64,000 nucleotides of DNA. Origin: Gemmatimonadales bacterium. Its GTDB lineage: Bacteria > Gemmatimonadota > Gemmatimonadetes > Gemmatimonadales > GWC2-71-9. Where the stretch lies: the NCBI GenBank assembly GCA_035759745.1, contig DASTUF010000044.1:6099-70098 (forward strand). The letters are read 5' to 3'. The notes below the pieces were generated by a model, which saw only the letters and a program-made list of their open reading frames with translations, was not told where the DNA came from and ran no database searches. The position numbers were made by a program, and so were the translations under genes. How positions within the stretch are numbered: the first letter of the stretch is position 1; each line of letters starts with the position of its first letter. Below are positions 1-9,989 of the stretch, piece after piece.

Positions 1-1306
1 GCACGGCGTAACCACCGTGCGGGAACTTGACCGCCCTGTCCGCCTTGTCCCCCTTGTCCGCCTCGTCCGCTTCGACCGCCTCTTCGCCCAGCAACCACAC
101 CAACTCCGCCGCCGCGCCGGGAGAGCAATATTCAGGCCTCCCAAGGAGCCATCCGCCGAGCGCCAAAGTATCACGGAAATCGTTGGCATTCCGTGACTTG
201 AGCCACACCAGCCGGCCGCCATCCTCGTCGCCAATCAGGGGCCACGTGTGGTCGGGCCGCCGGATCGCCACAAGGTAGTCGAGGAGCTTCGTGAGGAGAG
301 GCTCCAGCCACGCCGGCCGCGCTTCTCCGGCTGCGTCGTGAAGCAGCGCCAGGTGGAGATAGAAATCGGTGGTGTAGCGGTGGTAGTACGTGGCCTGTTC
401 GAAATAGACCCCGTCGGGCAGAACCTGGCGGGGGTGTTCGTTCGCGAGAATCGCGAGCCCCTTCCAGCGCCAGCGTGTGGCATCGCGCAGGAGCGGAAGC
501 GCCTGACCGAGATACACCAGACCCAGCGCCTCGCCGGTGAGGTGGGTGTTGGGACTGAACCAGGTGGAGAGGTTGTGTTCGAGATGGCGACCGTGGCGGT
601 GCAGCACGCCCACCATCCGCCGCACCAGCTCGGGCTCGAGCTGGTCTCCCACCAGCGCGATGGTCCAGATCCACGAAATCGAACGGAACGCCACTTCCAG
701 GCTGCTGGCCCAGTTCATTCCCTGGCCCGGCGGGTTGTGATCCATCCAGCTGGTGAGATACCCGGTAGCTGAATCGACGTAGCTCCGATCGCCACTGAGC
801 AGCGCTGCCTGCGCCAGCGTCACCAGGAACTGATGCCGGCTGAGTTCCCAGGTGACCTTGTGGTCGCCCACCACATCGGCGTCGAGGTACGGCACCCTGC
901 TCCAGTGGGCCATGGGGGCGCGCAACCCCGAAACCGGATCGCGGTGCCAATCCACCGGCATGCCGAAATCGAGCCCGTCGAACCCCAGCAGCGGGAAGGT
1001 CCCCGCCGCGATCAGGTCGGCCCGTGCCAGGATGGCGGCGCTATCGTCGGCCAACGAATTCCGAACAATGGCAGCTGCGCCGGAGGAATCGGTCAGTCCT
1101 GGCAGCACTCGCCGAGCTGCTGCGACGACCGCGGCGACATCGACGTCCTCGGCGGTGCTGCCGGATGCGAGCAGGCCGCGCCAGTCGCGGCCAGTCGGCT
1201 CCCGCAACCCGCGATCCAGGCCGGCGCGCTCGCGGGCCAGGCGCACGGCAGAGGCCGAGCGGTCCCGAAGCTCGCGAAGGCTCCTCCCCTTGAGCAGGCC
1301 GATCAT
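1..1306 (-). CDS. heparinase II/III-like family protein (polysaccharide-lyase fold); 3' end runs off the window
   Basis: Absent from the ORF track because no stop lies inside the window. My manual minus-strand translation from ATG 1306..1304 reads MIGLLKGRSLRELRDRSASAVRLARERAGL...GTFPLLGFDGLDFGMPVDWHRDPVSGLRAP...GDHKVTWELSRHQFLVTLAQAALLSGD...QGMNWASSLEVAFRSISWIWT...LPDGVYFEQATYYHRYTTDFYLH. These blocks are typical of heparinase II/III-like proteins in glycan clusters. The start overlaps the GT4 stop (ATGA). Confidence 0.7.
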   Translation of the reverse strand, partial: MIGLLKGRSLRELRDRSASAVRLARERAGLDRGLREPTGRDWRGLLASGSTAEDVDVAAVVAAARRVLPGLTDSSGAAAIVRNSLADDSAAILARADLIAAGTFPLLGFDGLDFGMPVDWHRDPVSGLRAPMAHWSRVPYLDADVVGDHKVTWELSRHQFLVTLAQAALLSGDRSYVDSATGYLTSWMDHNPPGQGMNWASSLEVAFRSISWIWTIALVGDQLEPELVRRMVGVLHRHGRHLEHNLSTWFSPNTHLTGEALGLVYLGQALPLLRDATRWRWKGLAILANEHPRQVLPDGVYFEQATYYHRYTTDFYLHLALLHDAAGEARPAWLEPLLTKLLDYLVAIRRPDHTWPLIGDEDGGRLVWLKSRNANDFRDTLALGGWLLGRPEYCSPGAAAELVWLLGEEAVEADEADKGDKADRAVKFPHGGYAV

Positions 1307-2343
1307 CGCGACAGCTCTCGGTACACATCCAGCACCTGATCCAGATCGTCCCCCTCAGTGCCTGCGTCAGGCGCCGGCCGCTCGGCGTCGAGCGCGTGGC
1401 GAGTGGCCTCGACCAGTCCCGGCAGCGAGCCCACCGGAAAGAGGTGGCAGCCGTCGGGCCGCATGCCCGTGTCGGTGGCAACGACAGGAGTTCCCAGCGC
1501 GAGCGCTTCGCGCACACTGATGGAGTCGCCATCGAAGCGGGTCGTGCGCAGCAGCGCCCCGGCCCGGAGAATCAGCGCCAGGGTCTGCTCATGAGCCACG
1601 TCTCCGGTGACGAGAATGTGCTCGGCCACAGGAGAACTCGCAGCAACCTGCCGTAGCTCGCCATCCAGCGACCCGCTGCCGGCGACCACCAGTCCCGCGC
1701 GGGGGTGCACCTCGCGGATCGCAGCCAGTGCCCCGATCTGCAGGGGGATGTCGTACTCCGGCTCGAGCAGGTTCACCGATACCAGCAGCGGGTCGTGGGC
1801 CTGCCGGAACGACTCCAGGCGTGGCTCCAGTACCTCGCGCTCGGTGCCGGCGCGGTCGGGATGCGGATGGGGCAGGATGACCCGGATGCGGCTCGGCTCG
1901 CAGCCGAAGCGCACAAAAAGCTGCTCGAGTTCGCGATTGACGACGATGATGCGATCGAACCGGCGCAGCACCCGGCCCCGAAGCGTCCGCGGCGAGGCGG
2001 ATTGCCCGGCGGCCGATGACGGATACCCGCCCGAGTGGAACGTCAACACGCTCCGCCGGCCGGCGAGCGATGTGCAGGCGGCGGCGAGCGCAAGGAGCCT
2101 CCCCGACAAGTGGCCGCCAAGATGGAGATGCAGGATGTCGGCGGGCAACGAGACCAGTGTGCGGAGCAGCGCAGCAGCGGATCGCGGGTAGTGCACGCCC
2201 GGCATTCCGCTCTCGGGAGCGCTGGTGATATTCACGACCTGGTTGGGAATGCCGGCGTGGTCCATGCGGCGCCGCAACGCCACCAGGTGGGTCTGGACGC
2301 CGCCATAGGGCGGTGGCCAGGGGCCGAGCTGCACTACCCGCAT
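1303..2343 (-). CDS. glycosyltransferase family 4 (GT-B, retaining type)
   Basis: ORF 1303..2421 trimmed to the internal ATG (MRVVQLGPWPPPYGGVQTH...), which overlaps the upstream stop (TGATG). The C-terminal motif DGDSISVREALALGTPVVATD is the E-x7-E-like GT4 signature region. Confidence 0.85.
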   Translation of the reverse strand: MRVVQLGPWPPPYGGVQTHLVALRRRMDHAGIPNQVVNITSAPESGMPGVHYPRSAAALLRTLVSLPADILHLHLGGHLSGRLLALAAACTSLAGRRSVLTFHSGGYPSSAAGQSASPRTLRGRVLRRFDRIIVVNRELEQLFVRFGCEPSRIRVILPHPHPDRAGTEREVLEPRLESFRQAHDPLLVSVNLLEPEYDIPLQIGALAAIREVHPRAGLVVAGSGSLDGELRQVAASSPVAEHILVTGDVAHEQTLALILRAGALLRTTRFDGDSISVREALALGTPVVATDTGMRPDGCHLFPVGSLPGLVEATRHALDAERPAPDAGTEGDDLDQVLDVYRELSR

Positions 2344-4505
2344 CAGGAACCGGTCACGCCGCGCCAGTCGATCTGCTTCGGCTTCCCGCCGTCGCGGCAG
2401 GACTCCATCAGCCGGAGGCACGCCACCGTGGCGCGGGCTCCGTCCTCCACGCTGGTTGCCGCCGGACGGCCGGTCCGGATCGCCTCGATAAAGTCGCGCA
2501 TCTGGGCGTCGTATCCCTTCTCCGCGAACCAGCGCTTCGAGGTGCGGCGCATCCTGCCCGCTACCGTGGCGGACTTGAAGTCCTCGGTCGCGAGGCCGAT
2601 GCCGGGTGCGAAGACCTCGATCCGCTCGCCCCCCGACGTGGCTGAGCCGACAGTGCAGTACGCGAGGGTGGCGACGGAACCGTCCTCGAAGCGAAAACTC
2701 GCCGCGATGTTGTTCTCGCCGATCGGATCAGTGGAGCCGGTGGGAAGCGACCACGCCGAGACCTCGATCGGCTCGCTGCCCAGCAGCCAGGCAAAGACGT
2801 CGATGAAGTGGCAGGCCTCGCCCAGGATCGCGCCTCCGATAGCGGGGTCGGCCATCCAGAACCCTCCTGAAATCCCCGGCGAGTTCACCCGGCAGTTGAT
2901 GACCGCCGGCGACGAGCGTCCGCGGAGCCGGTCCCGCACCGTGACGTAGTCGGGTGCAAAGCGCCGGTTGAAGCCCACCGAAAGCTGCTTGCCCGACGCG
3001 CGCACGGCGTCGGCCAGCTGGCGGCACTCGTCGTCGGTGAGGCACATCGGCTTCTCCACCAGCACGTGCTTCCCCGCCTTGAGCGCGGCGAGCGCTTCAC
3101 GGGCGTGGTTCTGGTTGCGGCTGGTGATGATCACGCCGTCCACCTCGGCGTCGCCGAGCAGCTCGGCGACATCGGTGGCGGCGTAGACCGCGCCGAACCG
3201 GTTGGCGTACGCCTTGGCCCGCGCACCGTTGCCGGACTGCACCGCGCGCAGGGTTCCCCCTGCCTTCTTGAGCGCCGGCAGGTGGGCCCACCGCGCGATG
3301 TTGGCTGCGCCGATCAGCGCGAGCCGTGCGCCTGGCGCCGCTACCCCGGCGGCGGGCAGATCAACCCGACGCTTCGGCGTGAAGGCTTCCGGAGCCGTGG
3401 TGACCGGATACTCGAGCAGGACCGCCATGCTGGTCGAGCCCGGCTGCATGATGACGTCGTACGCATCCGCTGCCTGCTCCAGCGGAAAGCGGTGGGTTAC
3501 CAGCCGGTCCACCCGGACGCCCCCGGCGCCCACCAGGCGGAGGAACTCCTCCATGTTCCGGTTTTCGGTCCACCGGACGTAGGCAAACGGGTAGTCGCGC
3601 GCTTGCCGCTCGTATTCGGCGTCGTAGCTGCCGGGCCCGTAGGCGCGCGCCATGTAGAGCTGGATCTCCTTGAGATACATCTCCAGCCAGGGGAACTGCA
3701 TCTCGACCGCACCCAGCACCACGATCCGGCCCCGGTCTCGACACAACGACAGTGCCAGCTCGCACGGCGCCGATGACTTGGCGGCAGCCGCGATGAAGAC
3801 AGCGTCGGCTCCGCGGCCGTCGGTCAGCGCCCGCACGGTCTCGACCGCTTCGCTGCCGGCGTGGCCCGCTTCGGCTCCCAGCTCCTCCGCCAGCGCGACC
3901 CGCTCGGCACGGAGGTCGATGGCGATCACCCGTGCACCCTGCAGCCGCGCCAGCTGGGCCGTGAGCTGGCCCACCAGCCCCAGACCGACGACGACGACCG
4001 TATCGCCCAGCCCCAGCTGGGCGATCCGCACGCCGTTCATCGCGATAGCACCCAGCGTGGCGAAGCAGGCGGCGTCGAATTCGACGGTGTCCGGCAGCCG
4101 GGCTACCAGGTTCCGCCCGGTCACGATGCACTCGCCGTGGCCGGTGCCCTCGCCACCGTACGCCACCCGGTCGCCGATCTCGAGATCGGTCACGCTCGGG
4201 TGCTTGCCCACGATCACGCCCGCGCCGGAATATCCCAGCACCGCATAGTCGGAGAACTTGGCCATCACCTCGCGCATGGTGCGAAAGGGTCCGTTGGCCT
4301 TCATCACGTCGAGGACCTTCCCCAAATGCGATGGATTGTGCGCCACTTCGCGCAGGACACCATCCTTCTTGATGCTGGCGGTCTCGGTGCCGGCGCTGAT
4401 CAGCGAGAACCGAGGCTGCACAAGTACGTGGTGCGATGACGGCACCGGATCCGGCACCTCGTCCACCACGATGTCCTTGAAGCCCTTCCGAAGCACCTGT
4501 CGCAT
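2343..4505 (-). CDS. bi-domain oxidoreductase (N-terminal zinc-type alcohol dehydrogenase/MDR domain fused to C-terminal Gfo/Idh/MocA NAD-binding oxidoreductase)
   Basis: 720-aa ORF. The N-terminal half has MDR features (GHGECIVTG, Rossmann VVVVGLGLVGQL). The second half has Gfo/Idh/MocA features (LALIGAANIARWAHLPAL, EKPMCLT, FNRRF). Confidence 0.85.
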   Translation of the reverse strand: MRQVLRKGFKDIVVDEVPDPVPSSHHVLVQPRFSLISAGTETASIKKDGVLREVAHNPSHLGKVLDVMKANGPFRTMREVMAKFSDYAVLGYSGAGVIVGKHPSVTDLEIGDRVAYGGEGTGHGECIVTGRNLVARLPDTVEFDAACFATLGAIAMNGVRIAQLGLGDTVVVVGLGLVGQLTAQLARLQGARVIAIDLRAERVALAEELGAEAGHAGSEAVETVRALTDGRGADAVFIAAAAKSSAPCELALSLCRDRGRIVVLGAVEMQFPWLEMYLKEIQLYMARAYGPGSYDAEYERQARDYPFAYVRWTENRNMEEFLRLVGAGGVRVDRLVTHRFPLEQAADAYDVIMQPGSTSMAVLLEYPVTTAPEAFTPKRRVDLPAAGVAAPGARLALIGAANIARWAHLPALKKAGGTLRAVQSGNGARAKAYANRFGAVYAATDVAELLGDAEVDGVIITSRNQNHAREALAALKAGKHVLVEKPMCLTDDECRQLADAVRASGKQLSVGFNRRFAPDYVTVRDRLRGRSSPAVINCRVNSPGISGGFWMADPAIGGAILGEACHFIDVFAWLLGSEPIEVSAWSLPTGSTDPIGENNIAASFRFEDGSVATLAYCTVGSATSGGERIEVFAPGIGLATEDFKSATVAGRMRRTSKRWFAEKGYDAQMRDFIEAIRTGRPAATSVEDGARATVACLRLMESCRDGGKPKQIDWRGVTGS

Positions 4506-4511
4506 GGATTC

Positions 4512-5636
4512 CTAGCTTGAAGAGCGGCGATTCCAGACATCCCAGCGTCCGGTCAGCCCGTTGACGGTGGCCATCACGATGGCCGCCTGCATGAGAACAA
4601 ACCACCGCGCTCCGGCACGGAGGCGGGGCCACTGGCCCAGCGCGGCGGCGAGCAGCGCCACCGCGACGATCGCGACGACGCCCCAGAGCAGGAGTCGCGA
4701 GCCCGCGGACTGCAGCATCCACCCGCCGAAGCCGATCGCCGCCAGCAGCACCAGCCATGGGGTGAGCAGCCGCAGCAGCTTGTGGCAGACGAACTGGAGC
4801 CAGACCGGATTACGGATCGGCACCAGCAGCTGCGGCATCCAGGCCAGCAGCTGGAAGTTGCCGGTGAGCGTGCGAACCTTGCGCGCGTACTCGCCGGTGG
4901 CGTTGGTGCGGCGCTGGTCGAAGGCCTTCGCCTCCGCGCAGTAGCCCACCCGGTGCCCGGCCAGCGCGAGCCGCATGGGGGTGTACAGGTCGTCCAGGAT
5001 GAGGCCCTCCGGCAACGGCTGCCAGAGGTCCGCCCGCATGGCCCACACCGATCCGCTCACCCCGATGGCCGAATGCACTGCCGCCTCGTCGGCCCGGAGC
5101 CGACGCTCCATCCTCCAATAGCGCTCGACCCACGAACGCCTCGTACCTTCCGGCAGCTCCAGCTGGCCTGACACCGCATCGTACCGCCCAGCGCCCAGCG
5201 CTCCCAGCAGCTGCGGGATGGTATCCCGATCAAACCGCTGGTGCGTGTCGGTAAACACCAGCACCGTGCCGGTGGCTGCGCGAACTCCGGCATTGAGCGC
5301 AGCCGCCTTGCCACCGGCCGGATCGGCGGGCACCACGCGGGCGGAATCGCCCAGCACCTGCGAAACCCGCTCGACCGCCTGCTCCGAATCGCCATCCACC
5401 GCGACCACCACCTGAAAGGCGGCATCCCGTGGACCTACCTCGCGCAGGTTCGCCACCCGGTCGGTGACCGCATCAGCACCGTCCCTGGTGGCGACGATTA
5501 CGCTGACCCCCGGCCACCCGCCTTCCAGGGGAGCAGGCCGCTTGCGGCGGCCAGCCGCGGCCAGCCGCATCAGCAGCGGATAGCCGCCCCAGACGAACAG
5601 CAGCACCGCAATTGCGGCCAGTCCCAGTGCCATCAT
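4512..5636 (-). CDS. membrane-anchored glycosyltransferase family 2
   Basis: ORF 4512..5957 trimmed to MMALGLAAIAVLLF, because upstream residues overlap the divergent gene. N-terminal TM, then VSVIVATRDG...AVDGDSEQ...KAAALNAG...FTDTHQ (GT2 DxD region) and C-terminal TM helices. Confidence 0.8.
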   Translation of the reverse strand: MMALGLAAIAVLLFVWGGYPLLMRLAAAGRRKRPAPLEGGWPGVSVIVATRDGADAVTDRVANLREVGPRDAAFQVVVAVDGDSEQAVERVSQVLGDSARVVPADPAGGKAAALNAGVRAATGTVLVFTDTHQRFDRDTIPQLLGALGAGRYDAVSGQLELPEGTRRSWVERYWRMERRLRADEAAVHSAIGVSGSVWAMRADLWQPLPEGLILDDLYTPMRLALAGHRVGYCAEAKAFDQRRTNATGEYARKVRTLTGNFQLLAWMPQLLVPIRNPVWLQFVCHKLLRLLTPWLVLLAAIGFGGWMLQSAGSRLLLWGVVAIVAVALLAAALGQWPRLRAGARWFVLMQAAIVMATVNGLTGRWDVWNRRSSS

Positions 5637-5745
5637 CCGGTCAGCGGCTCGGTCATCGGGTCGAAAGGTAATCGCCGGTCGGCCTTGAACGAGGCATCGG
5701 CACCAAGCAACTTGCAGGCCCGCTGGGCTCGATGAAGGAGATGGC

Positions 5746-6711
5746 TTGGCATCTGTGTCGGTGGTAATTCCCAGCTTCAATGCCCGGCCGTGGCTGGGCG
5801 AGGCGATCCAGTCGGTGCGGGGCCAGACCCTCCCGCCGGACGAGATCATCGTCGTGGACGACGGTTCCACCGATGGGTCGGTGGAGGCAGCACGTGAGGC
5901 CGGTGCCACCCAAGTGCTGTCGGACGGCACCAATCGGGGGCCAGGTGGCACCCGCAACCGGGGAATCCAGGCGGCGTCGGGTGACCTCGTCGCATTCCTG
6001 GATGCAGATGACCGCTGGCTGCCGGATCACCTGGAGCGTTCCGTCGCTTGCCTGGAGCGGCATCCGGATACCGATATCGTCTTCAGCGGCTATCGCCTGT
6101 TCGGCGAGAGCAATCTCGAACTGCCCTCCCGGGTTGAGTCCGGCCGCGCGCTGGACCTGAGCGTGGAGCTGCTCGACGTGAACCACGTCCTGCAGAGTGC
6201 AGCGGTGGCCCGGCGCGGTGCGCTCCTCGCCGTCGGCGGCTACGATGAGGCCCGACGCTACGGCGAGGACTTCGAGCTGTGGCTCCGGCTCTCGATGAAC
6301 TCGAAGTTCGTTTCAACCGGCGCCATTACCGTGGAGTACCGCACTCACCCGGCACAGGTCACGGCCCGGCCAGCGCGGATGTACCAGGGCGCATGGGAGG
6401 CGCGGGCAATCCATGTGGCGCGGATGCTCGAACGAAACCCCGGCGACCGCGGCGCGCTGCACGCGTTGCTCCAGCGCCGATGGGAGGCCGACCTGCAGGT
6501 GGCCTGGCGCGAGCGGGACGATGAGGTGCTCCGGACCGTGCTCGCCCTGGATCGATTCGTGCCCGATTCCGGGCCGATCGCGGCACGCTGGCGGCGCCGT
6601 CTTCGGCTCCAGCGCCCCGCGTGGCGCGCGCTGGCATGGGTGTACGACCGGGTGCCCATATTGCGGCGCTGGACCGGGCGGCTGCGGGGCGCCGGTGGAC
6701 GTGGCAGGTGA
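5746..6711 (+). CDS. glycosyltransferase family 2
   Basis: MASVSVVIPSFNARPWLGEAIQSVRGQTLPPDEIIVVDDGSTDGS...AFLDADD is a classic GT2 N-terminus. TTG start 5 nt after GAAGGAG. Confidence 0.85.
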   Translation: MASVSVVIPSFNARPWLGEAIQSVRGQTLPPDEIIVVDDGSTDGSVEAAREAGATQVLSDGTNRGPGGTRNRGIQAASGDLVAFLDADDRWLPDHLERSVACLERHPDTDIVFSGYRLFGESNLELPSRVESGRALDLSVELLDVNHVLQSAAVARRGALLAVGGYDEARRYGEDFELWLRLSMNSKFVSTGAITVEYRTHPAQVTARPARMYQGAWEARAIHVARMLERNPGDRGALHALLQRRWEADLQVAWRERDDEVLRTVLALDRFVPDSGPIAARWRRRLRLQRPAWRALAWVYDRVPILRRWTGRLRGAGGRGR

Positions 6712-6860
6712 CTCTCAAGGCGACTCCGTCCGACGCACCTTTGCCACATCTTGTTGCAACATCCCCACGTTTTTGCTTCCTTCCACGCCAGACCGCTGCG
6801 CGCCCGACACATTGGGAGGCGCCGGGCGCATGGAACTTGCACCCTGCCCCCACGACGATC

Positions 6861-7808
6861 ATGCCCATGCTCCAGCTGGAAATCCTGATCGCGACGTACA
6901 ATCGCGACTGGCTGCTGGGCCGCACGCTCGCCAGCATAGCGGCGGCGCGTCGGCCGGCGGAACTTGGCGTGAGCGTACTCGTGGTGGACAACAATTCCGC
7001 CGACCAGACCAGGGCTACCGTCGAGCAGTTCGCCGCCACCGCCCCATTCCCGGTCCGTTACCTGTTCGAGAAGGCCCAGGGCAAGTCGTACGCCCTCAAC
7101 GCCGGCCTGGGGGCATCGAGCGCCGAGCTGCTGGGGATGATCGACGACGACGAGGAGCTCGCTCCCGACTGGCTGGAGCAGGTCCACAGGGCCTTCACCG
7201 ACGACCCCGGGCTGGAATTCATCGGCGGGCCCACCAGGGGCAACCTGGAGGCGGAGCTGCCTGCGTGGGTGCCCGACAGCTATCCCGCCATCCTCGGCCT
7301 GCTGAACCCGGGCGACGAGCAGGCGACCTACTCCCGCGATTTCCCTGGGGTGCTTCCCGGTGGCAATGCGGTGATCCGCCGCGATGCGCTCAAGCGCACC
7401 AGGGGCTACCACACCGGGTTGCGGCGGGCCCAGGACGTGGACATGTACCTGCAACTGCTTGATGCCGGGGCCCGGGGCGAGTACCGACCCGGCCTGGTCA
7501 TCCTGCACCATGTCCCGGCTGAGCGGCTGACCCGCGACTACTTTCGGAGGTGGGCGTTCGCGCATGGCCGGTCCCAGGGTGTGCTCGCCGCCCGTCATCT
7601 GGGACACGTGACACAATTCGCAGGGATTCCCCGATTCCGGGTGCGGATCGCCCTGGCCAGTCTTCGGCGATACTTGCTCGGGCCCTTCCAGCGGAACGGA
7701 ACTGCGCGCCCGGCTTCCGCCGCCTTTTCCGAAGAGTTGCGGCTCCGCGAGTTCGCCGGCCTGGTGGTCGGCTGCTGGCACGATCGTCGCGAGTCCGAGC
7801 CGCAATGA
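6861..7808 (+). CDS. glycosyltransferase family 2
   Basis: ORF 6621..7808 trimmed to ATG 6861 (MPMLQLEILIATYNRDWLL...VLVVDNNSADQT...GKSYALNAG...IDDDEE). Confidence 0.8.
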   Translation: MPMLQLEILIATYNRDWLLGRTLASIAAARRPAELGVSVLVVDNNSADQTRATVEQFAATAPFPVRYLFEKAQGKSYALNAGLGASSAELLGMIDDDEELAPDWLEQVHRAFTDDPGLEFIGGPTRGNLEAELPAWVPDSYPAILGLLNPGDEQATYSRDFPGVLPGGNAVIRRDALKRTRGYHTGLRRAQDVDMYLQLLDAGARGEYRPGLVILHHVPAERLTRDYFRRWAFAHGRSQGVLAARHLGHVTQFAGIPRFRVRIALASLRRYLLGPFQRNGTARPASAAFSEELRLREFAGLVVGCWHDRRESEPQ

Positions 7809-7837
7809 TTTCCTGCATCACTCCCGGGAGTTCGTGA

Positions 7838-8743
7838 ATGGAGTCGTCGTTGACCAGCCCTGTCCTGCCGGCGCCCGCACGCGCGCCCGGATTCCTGCGC
7901 AGCTTCGCCGAGGCCGTCCGCGACGTGCGCCAGCACCGCGAACTGATGCTCGAGTTTGCCCGCCGGGACATCCGGATCCGCTACAAGCAGGCGGTGATGG
8001 GCTTCGGCTGGGCCATCTTCATGCCGATCCTCATCGTCCTCTCCGGCGTGATGATCCGCTACGCCATGGGGCAGGCGTCGGGCGGCGGGATCGGCCAGAC
8101 CGACATCGCCGGCATCGCCCTCAAGGGCGTGGCGTGGTCGTTCTTCGCCGGGGCGATCACGTTCGGCACCCAGGTGCTCACCGCCAACCACAACCTCATC
8201 GCCAAGGTCTTCTTCCCGCGCGAGGTGCTGCCGGTGGCCGCCGTGCTGGCCCAGACCTTCGACACCAGCATCGGGCTCGTGGCGCTGGCGCTGTTCCTGC
8301 CGTTCCTCGGCGTCGGGCTGCACTCGACCCTGGTCTGGCTGCCGCTGCTGCTTGCCCTGCTCTGGGTGCTCACCGCCGGGGTCGTGATCTTTCTCAGCTG
8401 CGCCAATCTCTTCTTTCGCGACGTGAAATACATCGTGCAGGTGGTCCTGACGTTCGGCATCCTGTTCACGCCGGTCTTCTACGAACCGGCGATGATGGGC
8501 GCGAGGGGCAGCATCATCATGTGGCTCAACCCGCTCACCCCGATCCTGGAAGGCCTCCGGCTGGCGGTGGTGGAAGGCCACAACCTGCTGCAACCGCTCA
8601 CGACGATCGCGAAGGACGGCACGACAGTGGACGTCTGGCGCCCCATGTCGTTGCTCTATACCGCCGCGTGGGCGGTGCCGGGGCTGCTCATCGCCACCGT
8701 GATCTTCCACCGCTCGCAGTCGGCATTCGCGGAAAATGTCTGA
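7838..8743 (+). CDS. ABC-2 type polysaccharide export permease (Wzm/TagG/KpsM-like)
   Basis: 301-aa ORF. RRDIRIRYKQAVMGFGWAIFMP is the ABC-2 signature region, with about 6 predicted TM helices. Overlaps the ATPase gene by 8 nt. Confidence 0.85.
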   Translation: MESSLTSPVLPAPARAPGFLRSFAEAVRDVRQHRELMLEFARRDIRIRYKQAVMGFGWAIFMPILIVLSGVMIRYAMGQASGGGIGQTDIAGIALKGVAWSFFAGAITFGTQVLTANHNLIAKVFFPREVLPVAAVLAQTFDTSIGLVALALFLPFLGVGLHSTLVWLPLLLALLWVLTAGVVIFLSCANLFFRDVKYIVQVVLTFGILFTPVFYEPAMMGARGSIIMWLNPLTPILEGLRLAVVEGHNLLQPLTTIAKDGTTVDVWRPMSLLYTAAWAVPGLLIATVIFHRSQSAFAENV

Positions 8744-9989
8744 GCGCGACGTGACGCCGGGCATCGAGTTCGAGCACGTCTGGAAGAAATTCCAGCGGGG
8801 CGAGCGGCACGACAGCCTCCGGGACTTCATTCCGTCGATGGCGCGCCAGCTCGTGGGCCGGGGCCCCACCGCGGCGGAGCTGGGCGCCAACCAGTTCTGG
8901 GCCCTCAAGGATGTGAGCTTCTCGGTCCAGCCGGGCGAGGTAGTGGGCATCATCGGCCGTAACGGTGCCGGCAAGTCCACCATCCTCAAGACCCTCACCC
9001 GCATCATCCCTCCCACCCTGGGCCTGGCCGAAACCCGTGGCCGGGTGGGCGCACTGATCGAGATAGCCGCCGGGTTCCACCCGGACCTGACCGGCAAGGA
9101 GAACGTGTACCTGCAGGGCGCCATCATGGGCATGCCCCGCAGCCTGATCCGCGAGCGATTCGACGACATAGTCGAGTTCTCCGGCGTCGGCCCGTTCATC
9201 GACACCCCGGTCAAGCGCTACTCCAGCGGCATGAATGCCCGGCTCGGCTTCGCTATCGCAGCCCACCTTTCGCCCGACGTGCTGATCATCGATGAAGTGC
9301 TCTCGGTGGGTGACTTCGAGTTCCAGCAACGGGCCTTCGGCCGGATGAAGGCGCTGGCCCGGAGCGGGATCCCGGTGCTGGTGGTGTCGCACCAGCTCGA
9401 GCGCGTGGCCGAACTCTGCACCAGCGTGCTGTTCATGGAGCGAGGAGAAGTACGCTTCGCGGGGCCCACCCTCGAGGCGATTCGCCACTACCTCGCGGTG
9501 GAGCAGGTGCCCAGCGACCCCGACAGTCCGGTGATCCTGGAGCAGATCGCGCTGGAGAGCGGCGAACAGCTGCGCTCGGGCGACAAGGTGCGGGTGCGCC
9601 TGTCGGGCCGGATCAACCCCGAGCGCGCCACCGGCAAGGAGCTGGTAGTGCTCTCGCTCCGGAACCTCCAGGATGGCCGAACCCTGGCGGCCATCACATC
9701 AGACCATGGCGGCGTGACGCTGCCGGGGTCGGGGCCGTTCGAACTCGAGTTCGAGCTGGAGCTCAATGTCCAGCCTGGCCTCTACGGGCTGGACTCGAGC
9801 GTGCGGGTCAAGGCCCAGACCCGGCGGGGCGATATCGCCGCGGGGCCCGGGGCCCACGTGCAGGTGCTGGCGGGACGGCCCTTCGAGGGCACCGTCCAGC
9901 CCAACGCGTCGGTGCGCCTCAGCGCCGAGCCGCCGAGCCGCCGAGCCGCCGAGAAGGCGGCCAGCAACCAACCATCCGGAACCTCATGA
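8736..9989 (+). CDS. polysaccharide ABC transporter ATP-binding protein (Wzt/TagH-like) with C-terminal beta-sandwich extension
   Basis: Walker A GRNGAGKST, signature YSSGM, Walker B LIIDE, plus about 160 aa beyond the NBD as in Wzt carbohydrate-binding domains. The last ~20 codons contain the octamer array 9924-9953. Confidence 0.9.
   Translation: MSERDVTPGIEFEHVWKKFQRGERHDSLRDFIPSMARQLVGRGPTAAELGANQFWALKDVSFSVQPGEVVGIIGRNGAGKSTILKTLTRIIPPTLGLAETRGRVGALIEIAAGFHPDLTGKENVYLQGAIMGMPRSLIRERFDDIVEFSGVGPFIDTPVKRYSSGMNARLGFAIAAHLSPDVLIIDEVLSVGDFEFQQRAFGRMKALARSGIPVLVVSHQLERVAELCTSVLFMERGEVRFAGPTLEAIRHYLAVEQVPSDPDSPVILEQIALESGEQLRSGDKVRVRLSGRINPERATGKELVVLSLRNLQDGRTLAAITSDHGGVTLPGSGPFELEFELELNVQPGLYGLDSSVRVKAQTRRGDIAAGPGAHVQVLAGRPFEGTVQPNASVRLSAEPPSRRAAEKAASNQPSGTS

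Noticed and set aside
6745-6795. Palindrome TGTTGCAACA and a cttccttccac fragment in the GT2-GT2 spacer as a regulatory site or repeat remnant
   Set aside because: The palindrome is a single short occurrence. The cttccttccac fragment matches the right arm of the GGGAAGT hairpins over only ~11 nt, which is too little to distinguish from chance.
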